This document shows, piece by piece, positions 26,240-35,963 of a stretch of 64,000 bases of DNA. The notes beneath the pieces were generated by a model that saw only the letters and a program-made list of their open reading frames with translations, was not told where the DNA came from and made no database searches. The position numbers were made by a program, and so were the translations under genes. Source of the stretch: an uncultured Bacteroides sp. (GTDB lineage: Bacteria; Bacillota; Clostridia; Lachnospirales; Lachnospiraceae); contig CAYOOW010000002.1 in assembly GCA_964405715.1 (NCBI GenBank), positions 23,597 to 87,596 of the forward strand, written 5' to 3'. Each line of letters starts with the position of its first letter. The first letter of the stretch is position 1.

Positions 26240-27403
26240 ATGATAAAGATAAATTGTTTAAATCCGATCGCGGCATGCGGTATGGATTTATTGGATGACA
26301 AATATGAGAAGACGGATGATTTTGCAGCAGCTGATGCTGTGCTTGTAAGAAGTGCAGCCATGCATGACCTGGAGCTGTCAGATAATCTGCTTGCCGTGGC
26401 ACGTGCGGGTGCGGGTGTAAACAACATTCCGCTTGATAAATGTGCAGAGAAGGGTGTCGTTGTATTCAATACACCCGGAGCGAATGCAAATGGTGTTAAG
26501 GAGCTTGTGATTGCAGGTCTGCTCCTTGCATCCAGAGATTTGATGGGCGGATATAACTGGGTGAAGGAGAATGCTTCTGACGAGAATATTGGCAAAGCAG
26601 TGGAAAAACAGAAGTCCAAATATGCGGGGTGCGAAATTCAGGGAAAGAAGCTCGGTGTCATCGGCCTCGGCGCTATCGGCGCCAAGGTTGCAAACGTAGG
26701 CTTTCGTCTCGGTATGGAAGTATACGGATACGATCCGTATGTTTCCGTTGATGCGGCATGGAGACTTTCAAGTCATGTAAAGCATATTACCAACGTAGAG
26801 GATATTTACAGGGAGTGTGATTATATTACAATTCATGTTCCTGCTCTGGATTCTACAAAGGGAATGATAAATAAAGACACGTTTGCACTGATGAAGGATG
26901 GCGTTAAGATATTGAACTTCGCCCGGGATATTCTGGTAAATGATGATGATATGCTTGAGGCACTTGCTTCCGGGAGGGTTGCAAAATATGTGACTGACTT
27001 CCCGAATGCAAAGATTGCAGGGGCAGATAATGTCATTACATTACCGCATCTCGGCGCATCAACGGCAGAGTCAGAGGACAACTGTGCAGTTATGGCAGTT
27101 CAGCAGATTAAGGATTACATCGAAAATGGCAATATCAAAAATTCCGTGAACTACCCGGCATGCGATGCAGGCGTATGTGCTTCAGCAGCCAGAATCACGG
27201 TATGCCACAAGAACATCCCGAATATGATAACACAGTTTACCGGTGCGTTCGCTGCAAAGGGGATCAATGTATCCGATATGGTAAGTAAGTCCAGAGGCGA
27301 TTGGGCATATACGATTCTGGACGTGTCAGAGCAGGCAGACGCTTCTATTCTTGATGCAATAAAAGCTATAGATGGAGTTGTAAAGGTGAGAGCCGTAAAA
27401 TAG
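26240..27403 (+). CDS. serA: D-3-phosphoglycerate dehydrogenase with C-terminal ACT-like domain
   Basis: NAD fold GVIGLGAIG, HVPAL, LPHLGAST. ATG 26240 has better RBS spacing than 26234. Confidence 0.92.
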   Translation: MIKINCLNPIAACGMDLLDDKYEKTDDFAAADAVLVRSAAMHDLELSDNLLAVARAGAGVNNIPLDKCAEKGVVVFNTPGANANGVKELVIAGLLLASRDLMGGYNWVKENASDENIGKAVEKQKSKYAGCEIQGKKLGVIGLGAIGAKVANVGFRLGMEVYGYDPYVSVDAAWRLSSHVKHITNVEDIYRECDYITIHVPALDSTKGMINKDTFALMKDGVKILNFARDILVNDDDMLEALASGRVAKYVTDFPNAKIAGADNVITLPHLGASTAESEDNCAVMAVQQIKDYIENGNIKNSVNYPACDAGVCASAARITVCHKNIPNMITQFTGAFAAKGINVSDMVSKSRGDWAYTILDVSEQADASILDAIKAIDGVVKVRAVK

Positions 27404-27439
27404 ATCAGCATAGTTTGCACAGAATGGAGGGAAGATAAA

Positions 27440-28525
27440 ATGAGTGATAAGTTGAAGGTAGGTATCCTCGGCGGAACCGGAATGGTAGGACAGCGATTTA
27501 TCGCCCTGCTTGAGAAGCATCCATGGTTTGAAGTGACAACAATTGCCGCAAGCCCAAGAAGTGCAGGAAAGACCTACGAGGAGGCTGTCGGTGACAGATG
27601 GAAGATGGATACGCCAATGCCTGAGGCAGTTAAAGGGCTGGTTGTTTATAATGTGAATGAGGTTGATAAGGTAGCCTCCACGGTTGATTTTGTATTCAGC
27701 GCAGTTGACATGTCTAAGGATGAAATCAAGGCGATTGAGGAGGCTTATGCCAAGACTGAGACGCCGGTTGTATCTAACAACAGTGCACATAGATGGACGC
27801 CGGATGTACCGATGGTTGTACCGGAGATAAATGCCGGGCATATGAAGGTGATAGATTTTCAGAAGAAGAGACTCGGGACAACGAGAGGTTTCGTTGCAGT
27901 GAAGCCGAATTGCTCCATTCAGTCCTATGCACCGGTTCTTACTGCATGGATGGAGTATGAGCCGTATGAGGTTGTGGCAACCACATATCAGGCAATTTCC
28001 GGTGCCGGAAAGACATTTAAGGACTGGCCGGAGATGGTAGGAAATATTATCCCATATATCGGAGGAGAAGAGGAAAAATCGGAAAAAGAGCCGCTTCGTA
28101 TCTGGGGAGAGGTTAAGGATGGCGTGATTGTACCGGCGGAGAGTCCGAAAATTACATGTCAGTGCATCAGAGTTCCTGTATTGAACGGTCATACTGCTGC
28201 CGTATTTGTCAGGTTCAGAAAGAAACCGACAAAGGAGCAGCTGATACAGAAGCTGGCTGCATTTAAGGGCGTGCCGCAGGAGCTTGCACTTCCAAGTGCG
28301 CCAAAGCAGTTTATCCGGTATATGGAGGAGGATAACAGACCACAGGTAACACTTGATGTGGATTATGAGAACGGAATGGGTGTCAGTGTCGGACGGCTTC
28401 GCGAGGACTCCGTATATGACTGGAAGTTCGTAGGTCTGTCACACAACACCGTAAGAGGCGCCGCAGGTGGTGCGGTACTTTGTGCAGAGCTTTTGAAAGC
28501 GCAGGGGTACATCAGTAAAAAATAA
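27440..28525 (+). CDS. asd: Aspartate-semialdehyde dehydrogenase
   Basis: VGILGGTGMVGQRF, active-site context KPNCSIQ, GHTAAV. Confidence 0.93.
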   Translation: MSDKLKVGILGGTGMVGQRFIALLEKHPWFEVTTIAASPRSAGKTYEEAVGDRWKMDTPMPEAVKGLVVYNVNEVDKVASTVDFVFSAVDMSKDEIKAIEEAYAKTETPVVSNNSAHRWTPDVPMVVPEINAGHMKVIDFQKKRLGTTRGFVAVKPNCSIQSYAPVLTAWMEYEPYEVVATTYQAISGAGKTFKDWPEMVGNIIPYIGGEEEKSEKEPLRIWGEVKDGVIVPAESPKITCQCIRVPVLNGHTAAVFVRFRKKPTKEQLIQKLAAFKGVPQELALPSAPKQFIRYMEEDNRPQVTLDVDYENGMGVSVGRLREDSVYDWKFVGLSHNTVRGAAGGAVLCAELLKAQGYISKK

Positions 28526-28637
28526 TAAATTTTTAAACAACATTTGACACACGGATAAAAGTTCGTGTGTTCAAGTGCTTGTTTGGATACATTTTTTATG
28601 ATAAGATAGCAATACAATGACAGGAGGCTACATTATT

Positions 28638-29204
28638 ATGAAGAGATTAGTTTTGGTTACTTCACCACCGGCTTGCGGAAAGACATTTATTTCAAAGAAA
28701 CTGGCGAAGGCATTGCACAATTGCGTGTATCTTGACAAGGATACGCTGATTGTTCTTTCAAAGCAGATTTTTAAGGTAGCAGGGGAGGAGTATAACAGGT
28801 CATCTGATTTTTTCCAGAGGGAAATCAGAGATTATGAGTATTATGCTGTTCTGGATTTTGCTTTTGAGGCACTCGAATACAACGATACAGTGCTTATCAA
28901 TGCACCGTTTACGGACGAGATCAGGGACAATGAATATCTGGACAAGCTGCGTGCAAAGCTTGCTGAAAAGGATGCAGAGCTTTTTGTGGTGTGGGTGCAC
29001 ACAGATGTTGAGGTATGCCATCAGAGAATGATTAAGCGGGCTTCGGACAGGGACGCATGGAAATTGGCACACTGGGATGAATATATCGCAACGCAGAATT
29101 TTAAGCAGCCGGACAATATACCGGAGCTGTTTGTTTTTAATAATTCCTCCGAGGAGGAATATAAGAAATCAATCGATGCGGCAGTGAAGGCTATCAGAGG
29201 ATAA
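28638..29204 (+). CDS. P-loop NTPase / small-molecule-kinase-like protein, unknown substrate
   Basis: Walker A SPPACGKTF near the N-terminus; about 190 aa, the size of AAA_33/zeta-toxin-like kinases. Start 28638, with 28617 as an alternative. Confidence 0.75.
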   Translation: MKRLVLVTSPPACGKTFISKKLAKALHNCVYLDKDTLIVLSKQIFKVAGEEYNRSSDFFQREIRDYEYYAVLDFAFEALEYNDTVLINAPFTDEIRDNEYLDKLRAKLAEKDAELFVVWVHTDVEVCHQRMIKRASDRDAWKLAHWDEYIATQNFKQPDNIPELFVFNNSSEEEYKKSIDAAVKAIRG

Positions 29205-29227
29205 AAAGCATATTTAGGAGAAAATAA

Positions 29228-30460
29228 ATGGCTGTAATAAAACCATTTTCGGCATACAGACCGAGAAAAGACATTGTGAGCCGTGTGGCTGCATTGCCGT
29301 ATGATGTATACAACAGGGCAGAGGCAAAGAAGGTGGTTGCGGATAATCCGCTTTCTTTTCTGCGGATTGACAGGGCTGAAGCTTCATTTGATGACAGTGT
29401 AGATATGTATGCTCCGTGCGTCTATGAGAAAGCAAAGGAATTGCTGGATAATATGATTGCAAACGGGGAATATATTAAAGATAGTCAGGATATTTATTAT
29501 ATCTATGCGCTTACCATGGACGGCAGAAAGCAGACCGGAATTGTCGCATGTGCATCCATTGATGATTATGAGAAGGGTGTCATTAAAAAGCACGAGAACA
29601 CAAGAGAGGATAAAGAGCTTGACAGAATTGCCCATGTTGATACCTGTAATGCACAGACAGGGCCGATTTTTCTGGCATATCGGGCACAGGCGGATATTGA
29701 TGGAGTTGTGGAAAGAATCTGTACACAGCAGCCGGAATATTCATTTACATCTGAGGATGGAATCAGTCATACTGTGTGGCTGATTGACAAGCCTTCGGAT
29801 ATAGCAGCAGTGAAGAACGGCTTTGAAAAGCTGTCGCAGATTTATATTGCGGATGGTCATCACCGGGCGGCATCAGCAGTGAAGGTCGGGCTCAAACGAA
29901 GAAGTGAAAATCCGTCGCATCAGGGAACGGAGGAATATAATTATTTTCTGTCTGTTTTATTTCCGCATAATCAGTTGAAGATACTTCCATATAACAGAGT
30001 AATCAGAGATTTGAACGGATACAGTGCAGATGAATTTTTGAGTAAGCTTGAGACATGCTTTGATGTAGTGAAGGCGGACGAAGCCTTTGCTCCGTCCGAG
30101 AAGGGTACATATGGAATGTATTTGGAGGGACAGTGGTACAAATTATCTGTAAAAGCGGAATATCTGTCGGAGGATCCTGTTGCAGGGTTAGATGTTTCTG
30201 TTTTGCAGGACAATGTATTAGGACCGATTCTGGGTATTGAAGATCCGAGAACAGACAAAAGAATTGATTTTGTTGGCGGCATCAGGGGCTTATCAGAGCT
30301 GGAGAGACGGGTTTCTCTGGATATGAAGCTTGCATTTTCCATGTATCCGACATCGATAGAGGAGTTATTTTCTGTAGCTGACGCAAATATGTTAATGCCG
30401 CCGAAGTCTACATGGTTTGAGCCAAAGTTGAGAAGCGGAATCTTTATTCATAAATTGTAG
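29228..30460 (+). CDS. DUF1015-family protein
   Basis: N-terminus MAVIKPFSAYRPRKDIVSRVAALPYDVYNRAEA and ADGHHR are typical of DUF1015 (from memory). Confidence 0.85.
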   Translation: MAVIKPFSAYRPRKDIVSRVAALPYDVYNRAEAKKVVADNPLSFLRIDRAEASFDDSVDMYAPCVYEKAKELLDNMIANGEYIKDSQDIYYIYALTMDGRKQTGIVACASIDDYEKGVIKKHENTREDKELDRIAHVDTCNAQTGPIFLAYRAQADIDGVVERICTQQPEYSFTSEDGISHTVWLIDKPSDIAAVKNGFEKLSQIYIADGHHRAASAVKVGLKRRSENPSHQGTEEYNYFLSVLFPHNQLKILPYNRVIRDLNGYSADEFLSKLETCFDVVKADEAFAPSEKGTYGMYLEGQWYKLSVKAEYLSEDPVAGLDVSVLQDNVLGPILGIEDPRTDKRIDFVGGIRGLSELERRVSLDMKLAFSMYPTSIEELFSVADANMLMPPKSTWFEPKLRSGIFIHKL

Positions 30461-30476
30461 AGAGGGGATCTTCGGT

Positions 30477-32684
30477 ATGTCCAAAAGAAAAGAAGTGTTT
30501 GCAATCAATTGGATGGAAGTGGATGCGCTGGTACAGGGCAGACATACAAATCCGCATCATATACTCGGCATACATGAATGTATAGATGATGTATATATCA
30601 ATGCGTATCTGCCGGGTGCAAAGGTTGTAACTGCAATAAATACAGCTACCAGAAAAAGGTATACGCTGGTTTCAGAGCGGGTGGAAGGATTTTTTTCGGT
30701 TGTCATTAAAAACCAGAAAAAGTTTGATTATAAACTGAATGTAAAGTATGATAATGGGGAAGAGCTCAATTATATTGATCCGTATATATTTGAACCGGTT
30801 ATTGATCCGATAGATATCAGTCTTTTCAATGAGGGAAAGCATTACGGGATTTATGAGAAGCTGGGGGCGCATCCGATGACTGTAGATGGTGTGGACGGCG
30901 TGCTGTTTGCCGTTTGGGCGCCGAATGCAGAGCGTGTCTCGGTCGTAGGTGATTTTAATAACTGGGATGGCAGGCGGCACCCTATGCGTAAGCTTGACTA
31001 TTCCGGGATTTTTGAGTTGTTTATTCCGGGCAAATATGTGGGTGAAATCTACAAATATGAGATTTGTGCGAAGTCCGGACGCGTATTTATGAAGAGTGAT
31101 CCATATGCGTTTTGCAGTGAGGTTCGACCGGCGAATGCGTCCAGAATTGTCGATTTGTCATATAAGTGGAAGGACAGCCAGTGGCTTGCCGCCCGTGATA
31201 GTGATATGATTGACAGCAGTCCGATGGCAATCTATGAAATGCATCTGGGCTCATGGAAGCGCCCCGACGACGGAAGGGAATTCTATAATTACAGGGATAT
31301 TGCTTCACGTCTGGCAGAATATCTGCAGATGATGCACTATAATTATGTTGAGCTTATGCCTGTCATGGAGCATCCTTATGATCCGTCATGGGGGTATCAG
31401 GTGACGGGATATTATGCGCCGACTTCAAGATATGGCCTTCCGGAGGATTTTATGTATTTTGTGGACTATCTGCACGGCAAAGGAATCGGTGTTATTATCG
31501 ACTGGGTTCCTGCGCATTTCCCGAAGGACGAGCATGGATTGGGACGATTTGACGGAACCGGTCTGTATGAGAACGAGGATCCGAGACGCGGTGAACATCC
31601 GCATTGGGGCACCTATATATTCAATTATGGCAGAAATGAGGTCAGAAACTTTCTGATTGCCAACGCGCTGTACTGGGCGGATAAATATCATATAGACGGT
31701 ATCAGGATGGATGCAGTGGCATCCATGTTATATCTGGATTACGGAAGAAACGGCGGCGAGTGGCTGCCAAATAAATATGGCGGAAACGAGAATCTCGAAG
31801 CAATAGATTTTATTAAGGAATTAAATAAGCAGATGCATGAGAGGCACAAGGGTGTGCTTATGATAGCGGAGGAATCCACTGCGTGGCCTATGATGACGCA
31901 TCCTGTTGAGGAGGGCGGTCTGGGCTTTGACTATAAGTGGAACATGGGCTGGATGAATGATTTCCTGAATTACATCAAGCTTGATCCGCTCTATAGAAAA
32001 TATCATCATAATGATTTGACCTTCAGCATGGTATATGCATACAGTGAAAAGTTTGTCCTTGTGTTATCCCATGATGAGGTAGTGCATGAAAAAGGCTCTA
32101 TGATTACCAAAATGCCGGGAGGATATGAGGATAAGTTTTCCAATTTGCGTGTTGCATACGGTTATATGATGACGCATCCGGGTAAGAAGCTGTTGTTTAT
32201 GGGACAGGAGATTGCTCAGTTTTCGGAGTTTGATGAGGCCGGTGAGGTTGACTGGTCATTGTTTGAATTTGACGCACACGTATTTATACAGGGATATGTG
32301 AAGGAATTAAATAAATTATACACAACGGAGCCCGCTCTGTATGAGCTGGATTCTGTGCCTGAGGGCTTCGAGTGGGTGAACTGCAACAGTGCGAATACCA
32401 GCCTGCTTTCCTATATTCGCAGGGGAAAGAAACCGGAGGACGCACTGGTAATTATGTGTAACTTTACACCGATTGAGCATAAGGCATACAAGCTGGGTGT
32501 ACCGTCCGGTGGAAAATGGCAGGAGATATTCTCCAGCGATAATGTGAAGTTCGGCGGAGAGGGAAGAAATAACAAGGTTGCAAAGCAGGCGAAAAAAGAG
32601 GTCTGTGACGGACAGGAGCACTATATATCCGTTAACGTTCCGCCGTTATCCATATCGGTATTCAAGAAAAAGCTTGGCAAGTAA
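30477..32684 (+). CDS. glgB: 1,4-alpha-glucan branching enzyme
   Basis: GH13 motifs DWVPAHF, GIRMDAVASMLY, EESTAWP, SHDEVVH. Confidence 0.96.
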   Translation: MSKRKEVFAINWMEVDALVQGRHTNPHHILGIHECIDDVYINAYLPGAKVVTAINTATRKRYTLVSERVEGFFSVVIKNQKKFDYKLNVKYDNGEELNYIDPYIFEPVIDPIDISLFNEGKHYGIYEKLGAHPMTVDGVDGVLFAVWAPNAERVSVVGDFNNWDGRRHPMRKLDYSGIFELFIPGKYVGEIYKYEICAKSGRVFMKSDPYAFCSEVRPANASRIVDLSYKWKDSQWLAARDSDMIDSSPMAIYEMHLGSWKRPDDGREFYNYRDIASRLAEYLQMMHYNYVELMPVMEHPYDPSWGYQVTGYYAPTSRYGLPEDFMYFVDYLHGKGIGVIIDWVPAHFPKDEHGLGRFDGTGLYENEDPRRGEHPHWGTYIFNYGRNEVRNFLIANALYWADKYHIDGIRMDAVASMLYLDYGRNGGEWLPNKYGGNENLEAIDFIKELNKQMHERHKGVLMIAEESTAWPMMTHPVEEGGLGFDYKWNMGWMNDFLNYIKLDPLYRKYHHNDLTFSMVYAYSEKFVLVLSHDEVVHEKGSMITKMPGGYEDKFSNLRVAYGYMMTHPGKKLLFMGQEIAQFSEFDEAGEVDWSLFEFDAHVFIQGYVKELNKLYTTEPALYELDSVPEGFEWVNCNSANTSLLSYIRRGKKPEDALVIMCNFTPIEHKAYKLGVPSGGKWQEIFSSDNVKFGGEGRNNKVAKQAKKEVCDGQEHYISVNVPPLSISVFKKKLGK

Positions 32685-32705
32685 TAATATGAAATAAAAC
32701 ACGAT

Positions 32706-32740
32706 TCCGTCTGTGCAGTATTATCGGCAGACGGATTTGT
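32706..32740 (+). terminator. Intrinsic terminator candidate after glgB (TCCGTCTG ... CAGACGGA, then TTTGTT)
   Basis: 8-bp GC-containing stem, 14-nt loop and a short T-rich tail, read directly. Confidence 0.5.
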
Positions 32741-32806
32741 TATGCATAAGAAATATTCGGAAACAATAATGTTATGGTTATGTGTGGAATCATGGAAGGA
32801 GATAGT

Positions 32807-33673
32807 ATGCTGTTGACTGGTGGTATTGAGATGGAGGACCTGCAGGATATAGACAAATCAAAACTGGAACAGTATCTGGATGAGCTGGGAGACTGGCTGG
32901 TTGATAAAATGTTTGATCTGTTCATTGCAGCTGTATTTATGATTGTCGGCTTTAAGCTGTGTAAGCTCATTGTTAAGCTTATACGCAAATCATTTGAAAA
33001 GTCCGGCATGGAACACAGTGTGTCAGGTTTCCTTCTGTCTTTGATAAAAGGAATCCTCTATTCTGTCGTCTTTATCATGGCAGCGTCTATCATAGGCTTT
33101 CAGGTCACCTCGCTTGTGACAATTCTCGGAACTGCCAGCTTGGCGATTGGTCTTGCTTTGCAGGGAAGTCTGGCAAACTTTGCGGGCGGAGTCCTAATTT
33201 TGCTTATGAAGCCGTTTAAGGTCGGGGATTATATTATTGAAAACGACAAGGGCTGTGAGGGAACGGTTGAATCTATCGATATATTTTATACAAAGCTTAT
33301 AACCTATGACAATAAGCTGATTGTAATTCCGAACGGCAATATAACCTCAAATTCTTTGGTAAATGTTACGGCTGCGGGAACCAGAAAGCTGGATATATCG
33401 GTCGGGGTGTCTTATGCTTCGGATCTGAAGCTGGTCAAGGAGGTTTTGACTCATGTTGTTGAGGAATCCGGGTATTATGAGGCTGATCAGGAGTTTGATG
33501 TGTTTGTTGATTCCTTTTCGGACAGCAGTATCAAAATGGGTGTTCGTTTCCGGGTGGAATCCGGTAATTACTGGAAAGCAAAATGGGAGGTCACGGAAAA
33601 TATTAAATCAGCCTTTGATGAGGCAGGGATAGAAATACCATTTAATCAGATGGAGGTCACGGTCAGGAAATAA
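32807..33673 (+). CDS. Small-conductance mechanosensitive channel (MscS family)
   Basis: GLALQGSLANFAGGVLILLMKPFKVGDYI. RBS GGAAGGAGA before the ATG at 32807 (32774 is an alternative). Confidence 0.9.
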   Translation: MLLTGGIEMEDLQDIDKSKLEQYLDELGDWLVDKMFDLFIAAVFMIVGFKLCKLIVKLIRKSFEKSGMEHSVSGFLLSLIKGILYSVVFIMAASIIGFQVTSLVTILGTASLAIGLALQGSLANFAGGVLILLMKPFKVGDYIIENDKGCEGTVESIDIFYTKLITYDNKLIVIPNGNITSNSLVNVTAAGTRKLDISVGVSYASDLKLVKEVLTHVVEESGYYEADQEFDVFVDSFSDSSIKMGVRFRVESGNYWKAKWEVTENIKSAFDEAGIEIPFNQMEVTVRK

Positions 33674-33784
33674 TCACATATAGAAAAAAATGGAATAGTG
33701 TGGTATTATAAAGCGAATGAACAGTACCCGTATCATGCGGTGAGCATATGCGGCGTATAATAGAAAGATAAAAGAGGCGAAGTA

Positions 33785-34690
33785 ATGTATTATAATAATG
33801 TTTTGGATTTGATTGGCGGAACACCGCTTATGTGTCTGAAGGAGACAACGGGCTATAATATATTTGCAAAGGCTGAATTTTTGAATCCGGGCGGAAGCAT
33901 TAAGGACAGAATTGCAAAAAATATGCTGGAGGTCGCGGAAGCAGAGGGAAAACTGAGACCGGGAATGACAATCATTGAGCCGACCAGCGGTAATACAGGT
34001 ATCGGTTTGGCCCTGTGTGGTGTCCGTAAAGGATATCCGGTTATCATTGTTATGCCGGAGAATATGAGTGAGGAAAGAAAGAAAATTATCAAAGCGCTTG
34101 GAGCAGAGCTGATTCTGACAGAGCCAAAGCTCAGTATAGGCGGTTCCGTTGATAAGGCGACGGAAATCTGTAATTCAGATCCCGAGAAGTATTTTATGCC
34201 GCAGCAGTTTGTGAATCCTGCGAATCCGGATATTCATTATCGTACGACGGCAGTGGAGCTTACTGAGCAGCTGGAGCAGAACATAGATATCTATATATCG
34301 GGAATCGGAAGCGGCGGTACGCTGCAGGGTGTAGCCAAATATTTGCTGGAGCGTAATCCTGATACCAGAATCGTAGCGGTTGAGCCGAAGAATGTGTCTG
34401 CACTGCTGGGAGATGAACCGGGCCTGCACCAGATACAGGGTATTGGCGACGGATTTATTCCTGAAATTCTGGATACCGGTATCATTACTGATATCGTTGA
34501 GGTTACAGATGAGGATGCCATTGAGACAGCGAGGATGTTGGCGAAGATACAGGGCCTGCTGGTGGGAACTTCATCCGGCGCAAATGTTTGGACTGCCATC
34601 CGGATGGCGAAGAAATATGGCGGGGATAAGGTGATAGCAACAATTCTACCGGACAGAGTTGAGCGATATTTCAGCACATCGCTGATATAA
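33785..34690 (+). CDS. cysK: Cysteine synthase A (O-acetylserine sulfhydrylase)
   Basis: NPGGSIKDR, TSGNTGIGLA, GIGSGGT. Confidence 0.93.
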   Translation: MYYNNVLDLIGGTPLMCLKETTGYNIFAKAEFLNPGGSIKDRIAKNMLEVAEAEGKLRPGMTIIEPTSGNTGIGLALCGVRKGYPVIIVMPENMSEERKKIIKALGAELILTEPKLSIGGSVDKATEICNSDPEKYFMPQQFVNPANPDIHYRTTAVELTEQLEQNIDIYISGIGSGGTLQGVAKYLLERNPDTRIVAVEPKNVSALLGDEPGLHQIQGIGDGFIPEILDTGIITDIVEVTDEDAIETARMLAKIQGLLVGTSSGANVWTAIRMAKKYGGDKVIATILPDRVERYFSTSLI

Positions 34691-34770
34691 TAATATATAG
34701 TATAAGCTGGTATCCGTTTGTCAGATATCTGCAGGGAGACATATTGTGTCTGTTAATAAGGAGGAAAAAA

Positions 34771-35940
34771 ATGACAAAAATTGATATTTTATCCGGCTTT
34801 CTTGGAGCCGGCAAGACGACATTGATTAAAAAGCTGATAGATCAGGCGTTCAGTGGAGAGAAGCTTGTCCTGATTGAGAATGAATTTGGAGAGATTGGCA
34901 TAGACGGAGGCTTTCTGAGGGACGCCGGTGTGGAAATCACAGAGATGAATCAAGGGTGTATCTGCTGTTCGCTGGTTGGCGATTTCGGCACTGCACTGAA
35001 GAAGGTCATCACGGACTATACACCTGACAGGGTGATTATCGAGCCGTCCGGTGTGGGCAAGCTCTCCGATGTGATGAAAGCGGTTGAGGATGTCCGCAGG
35101 GATGTTGATGTCTGTATTAACAGTGCAACGACAGTGGTGGATGTAACAAAATGTAAGATGTATATGAAGAATTTTGGTGAGTTCTTCAACAATCAGGTTG
35201 AAAGTGCGGGAACTATCGTGCTGAGCCGCACACAGAATACCTCAGAGCAGAAGATTCTCGATACGGTCAAGCTTTTGAGAGAGCACAATCAGAATGCAGC
35301 CATTATCACGACTCCATGGGACGATATAGATGGAAAGGTAATTCTGGATGCCATGGAGCATGCCAATACTCTGGATGAGTTGATTAAGGAGGCTGTGGAG
35401 ATTGCACGCCGACACGAGGAGGAGCATGCACATCACCATCACGACCATGACGAGGAGGGACATGAGCACCATCACCATCATGACCATGATGAGGAGGAAC
35501 ATAAGCACCACCACCATCATGACCATGACGAGGAGGGACATGAGCACCACCACCATCACGACCATGACGAGGAGGGACATGGGCACCATCATCATGAACA
35601 TGATGAGAATTGTACATGTGGCTGCCATGAGCACGGACATCATCACGATCACCATGCAGATGATGTATTTACAAGCTGGGGAAGAGAGACAGCTGCAAGG
35701 TATTCAGAGGAGGACATGAAAGCAATCCTCGGGGAGCTCAGTAAAGAGTCGAACCGGTTCGGTATCATTCTGCGCGCAAAGGGTATGGTTCCGAGTACAG
35801 GAGATTCGTGGATTTATTTTGATTTGGTTCCGGGTGAGTACGAGGTTCGTAAGGGTGCGCCGGATTATACAGGCAAGCTGTGCGTTATCGGCAGCGATTT
35901 GAAGGAAGCTTCGTTGGAAACCCTGTTTAAGCTTAACTGA
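34771..35940 (+). CDS. CobW/G3E-family metallochaperone GTPase with a His-rich insert
   Basis: P-loop GFLGAGKTT, CxCC motif GCICCS, about 80 aa of His/Asp/Glu repeats, and a CobW_C-like end. RBS AGGAGG before the ATG at 34771. Confidence 0.9.
   Translation: MTKIDILSGFLGAGKTTLIKKLIDQAFSGEKLVLIENEFGEIGIDGGFLRDAGVEITEMNQGCICCSLVGDFGTALKKVITDYTPDRVIIEPSGVGKLSDVMKAVEDVRRDVDVCINSATTVVDVTKCKMYMKNFGEFFNNQVESAGTIVLSRTQNTSEQKILDTVKLLREHNQNAAIITTPWDDIDGKVILDAMEHANTLDELIKEAVEIARRHEEEHAHHHHDHDEEGHEHHHHHDHDEEEHKHHHHHDHDEEGHEHHHHHDHDEEGHGHHHHEHDENCTCGCHEHGHHHDHHADDVFTSWGRETAARYSEEDMKAILGELSKESNRFGIILRAKGMVPSTGDSWIYFDLVPGEYEVRKGAPDYTGKLCVIGSDLKEASLETLFKLN
35431..35583 (+). repeat. Four in-frame tandem units (36-39 nt) encoding HHHHHDHDEEGHE
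   Basis: Read directly inside CDS 34771..35940. They generate the spurious antisense ORFs at 35242..35655 and 35384..35617. Confidence 0.85.
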
Positions 35941-35963
35941 AGTGGAAAGTTGGGATGTGAATT

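Noticed and set aside
27326-28192. A 288-aa minus-strand ORF antisense to asd. Similar long antisense or out-of-frame ORFs occur at 12776..13384, 35865..36797, 46430..46984, 48323..48928, 8812..9333 and 51644..52333.
   Set aside because: Each lies entirely within a well-supported gene on the other strand or frame. Their composition is odd (Cys/His/Arg-rich, low complexity), they have no RBS and no recognisable motif, so they are shadow ORFs.
28544-28572. Terminator after asd (ACACACG ... CGTGTGT).
   Set aside because: The stem is only 7 bp, with a 10-nt loop and no U-tract. That is too weak to report as a feature.
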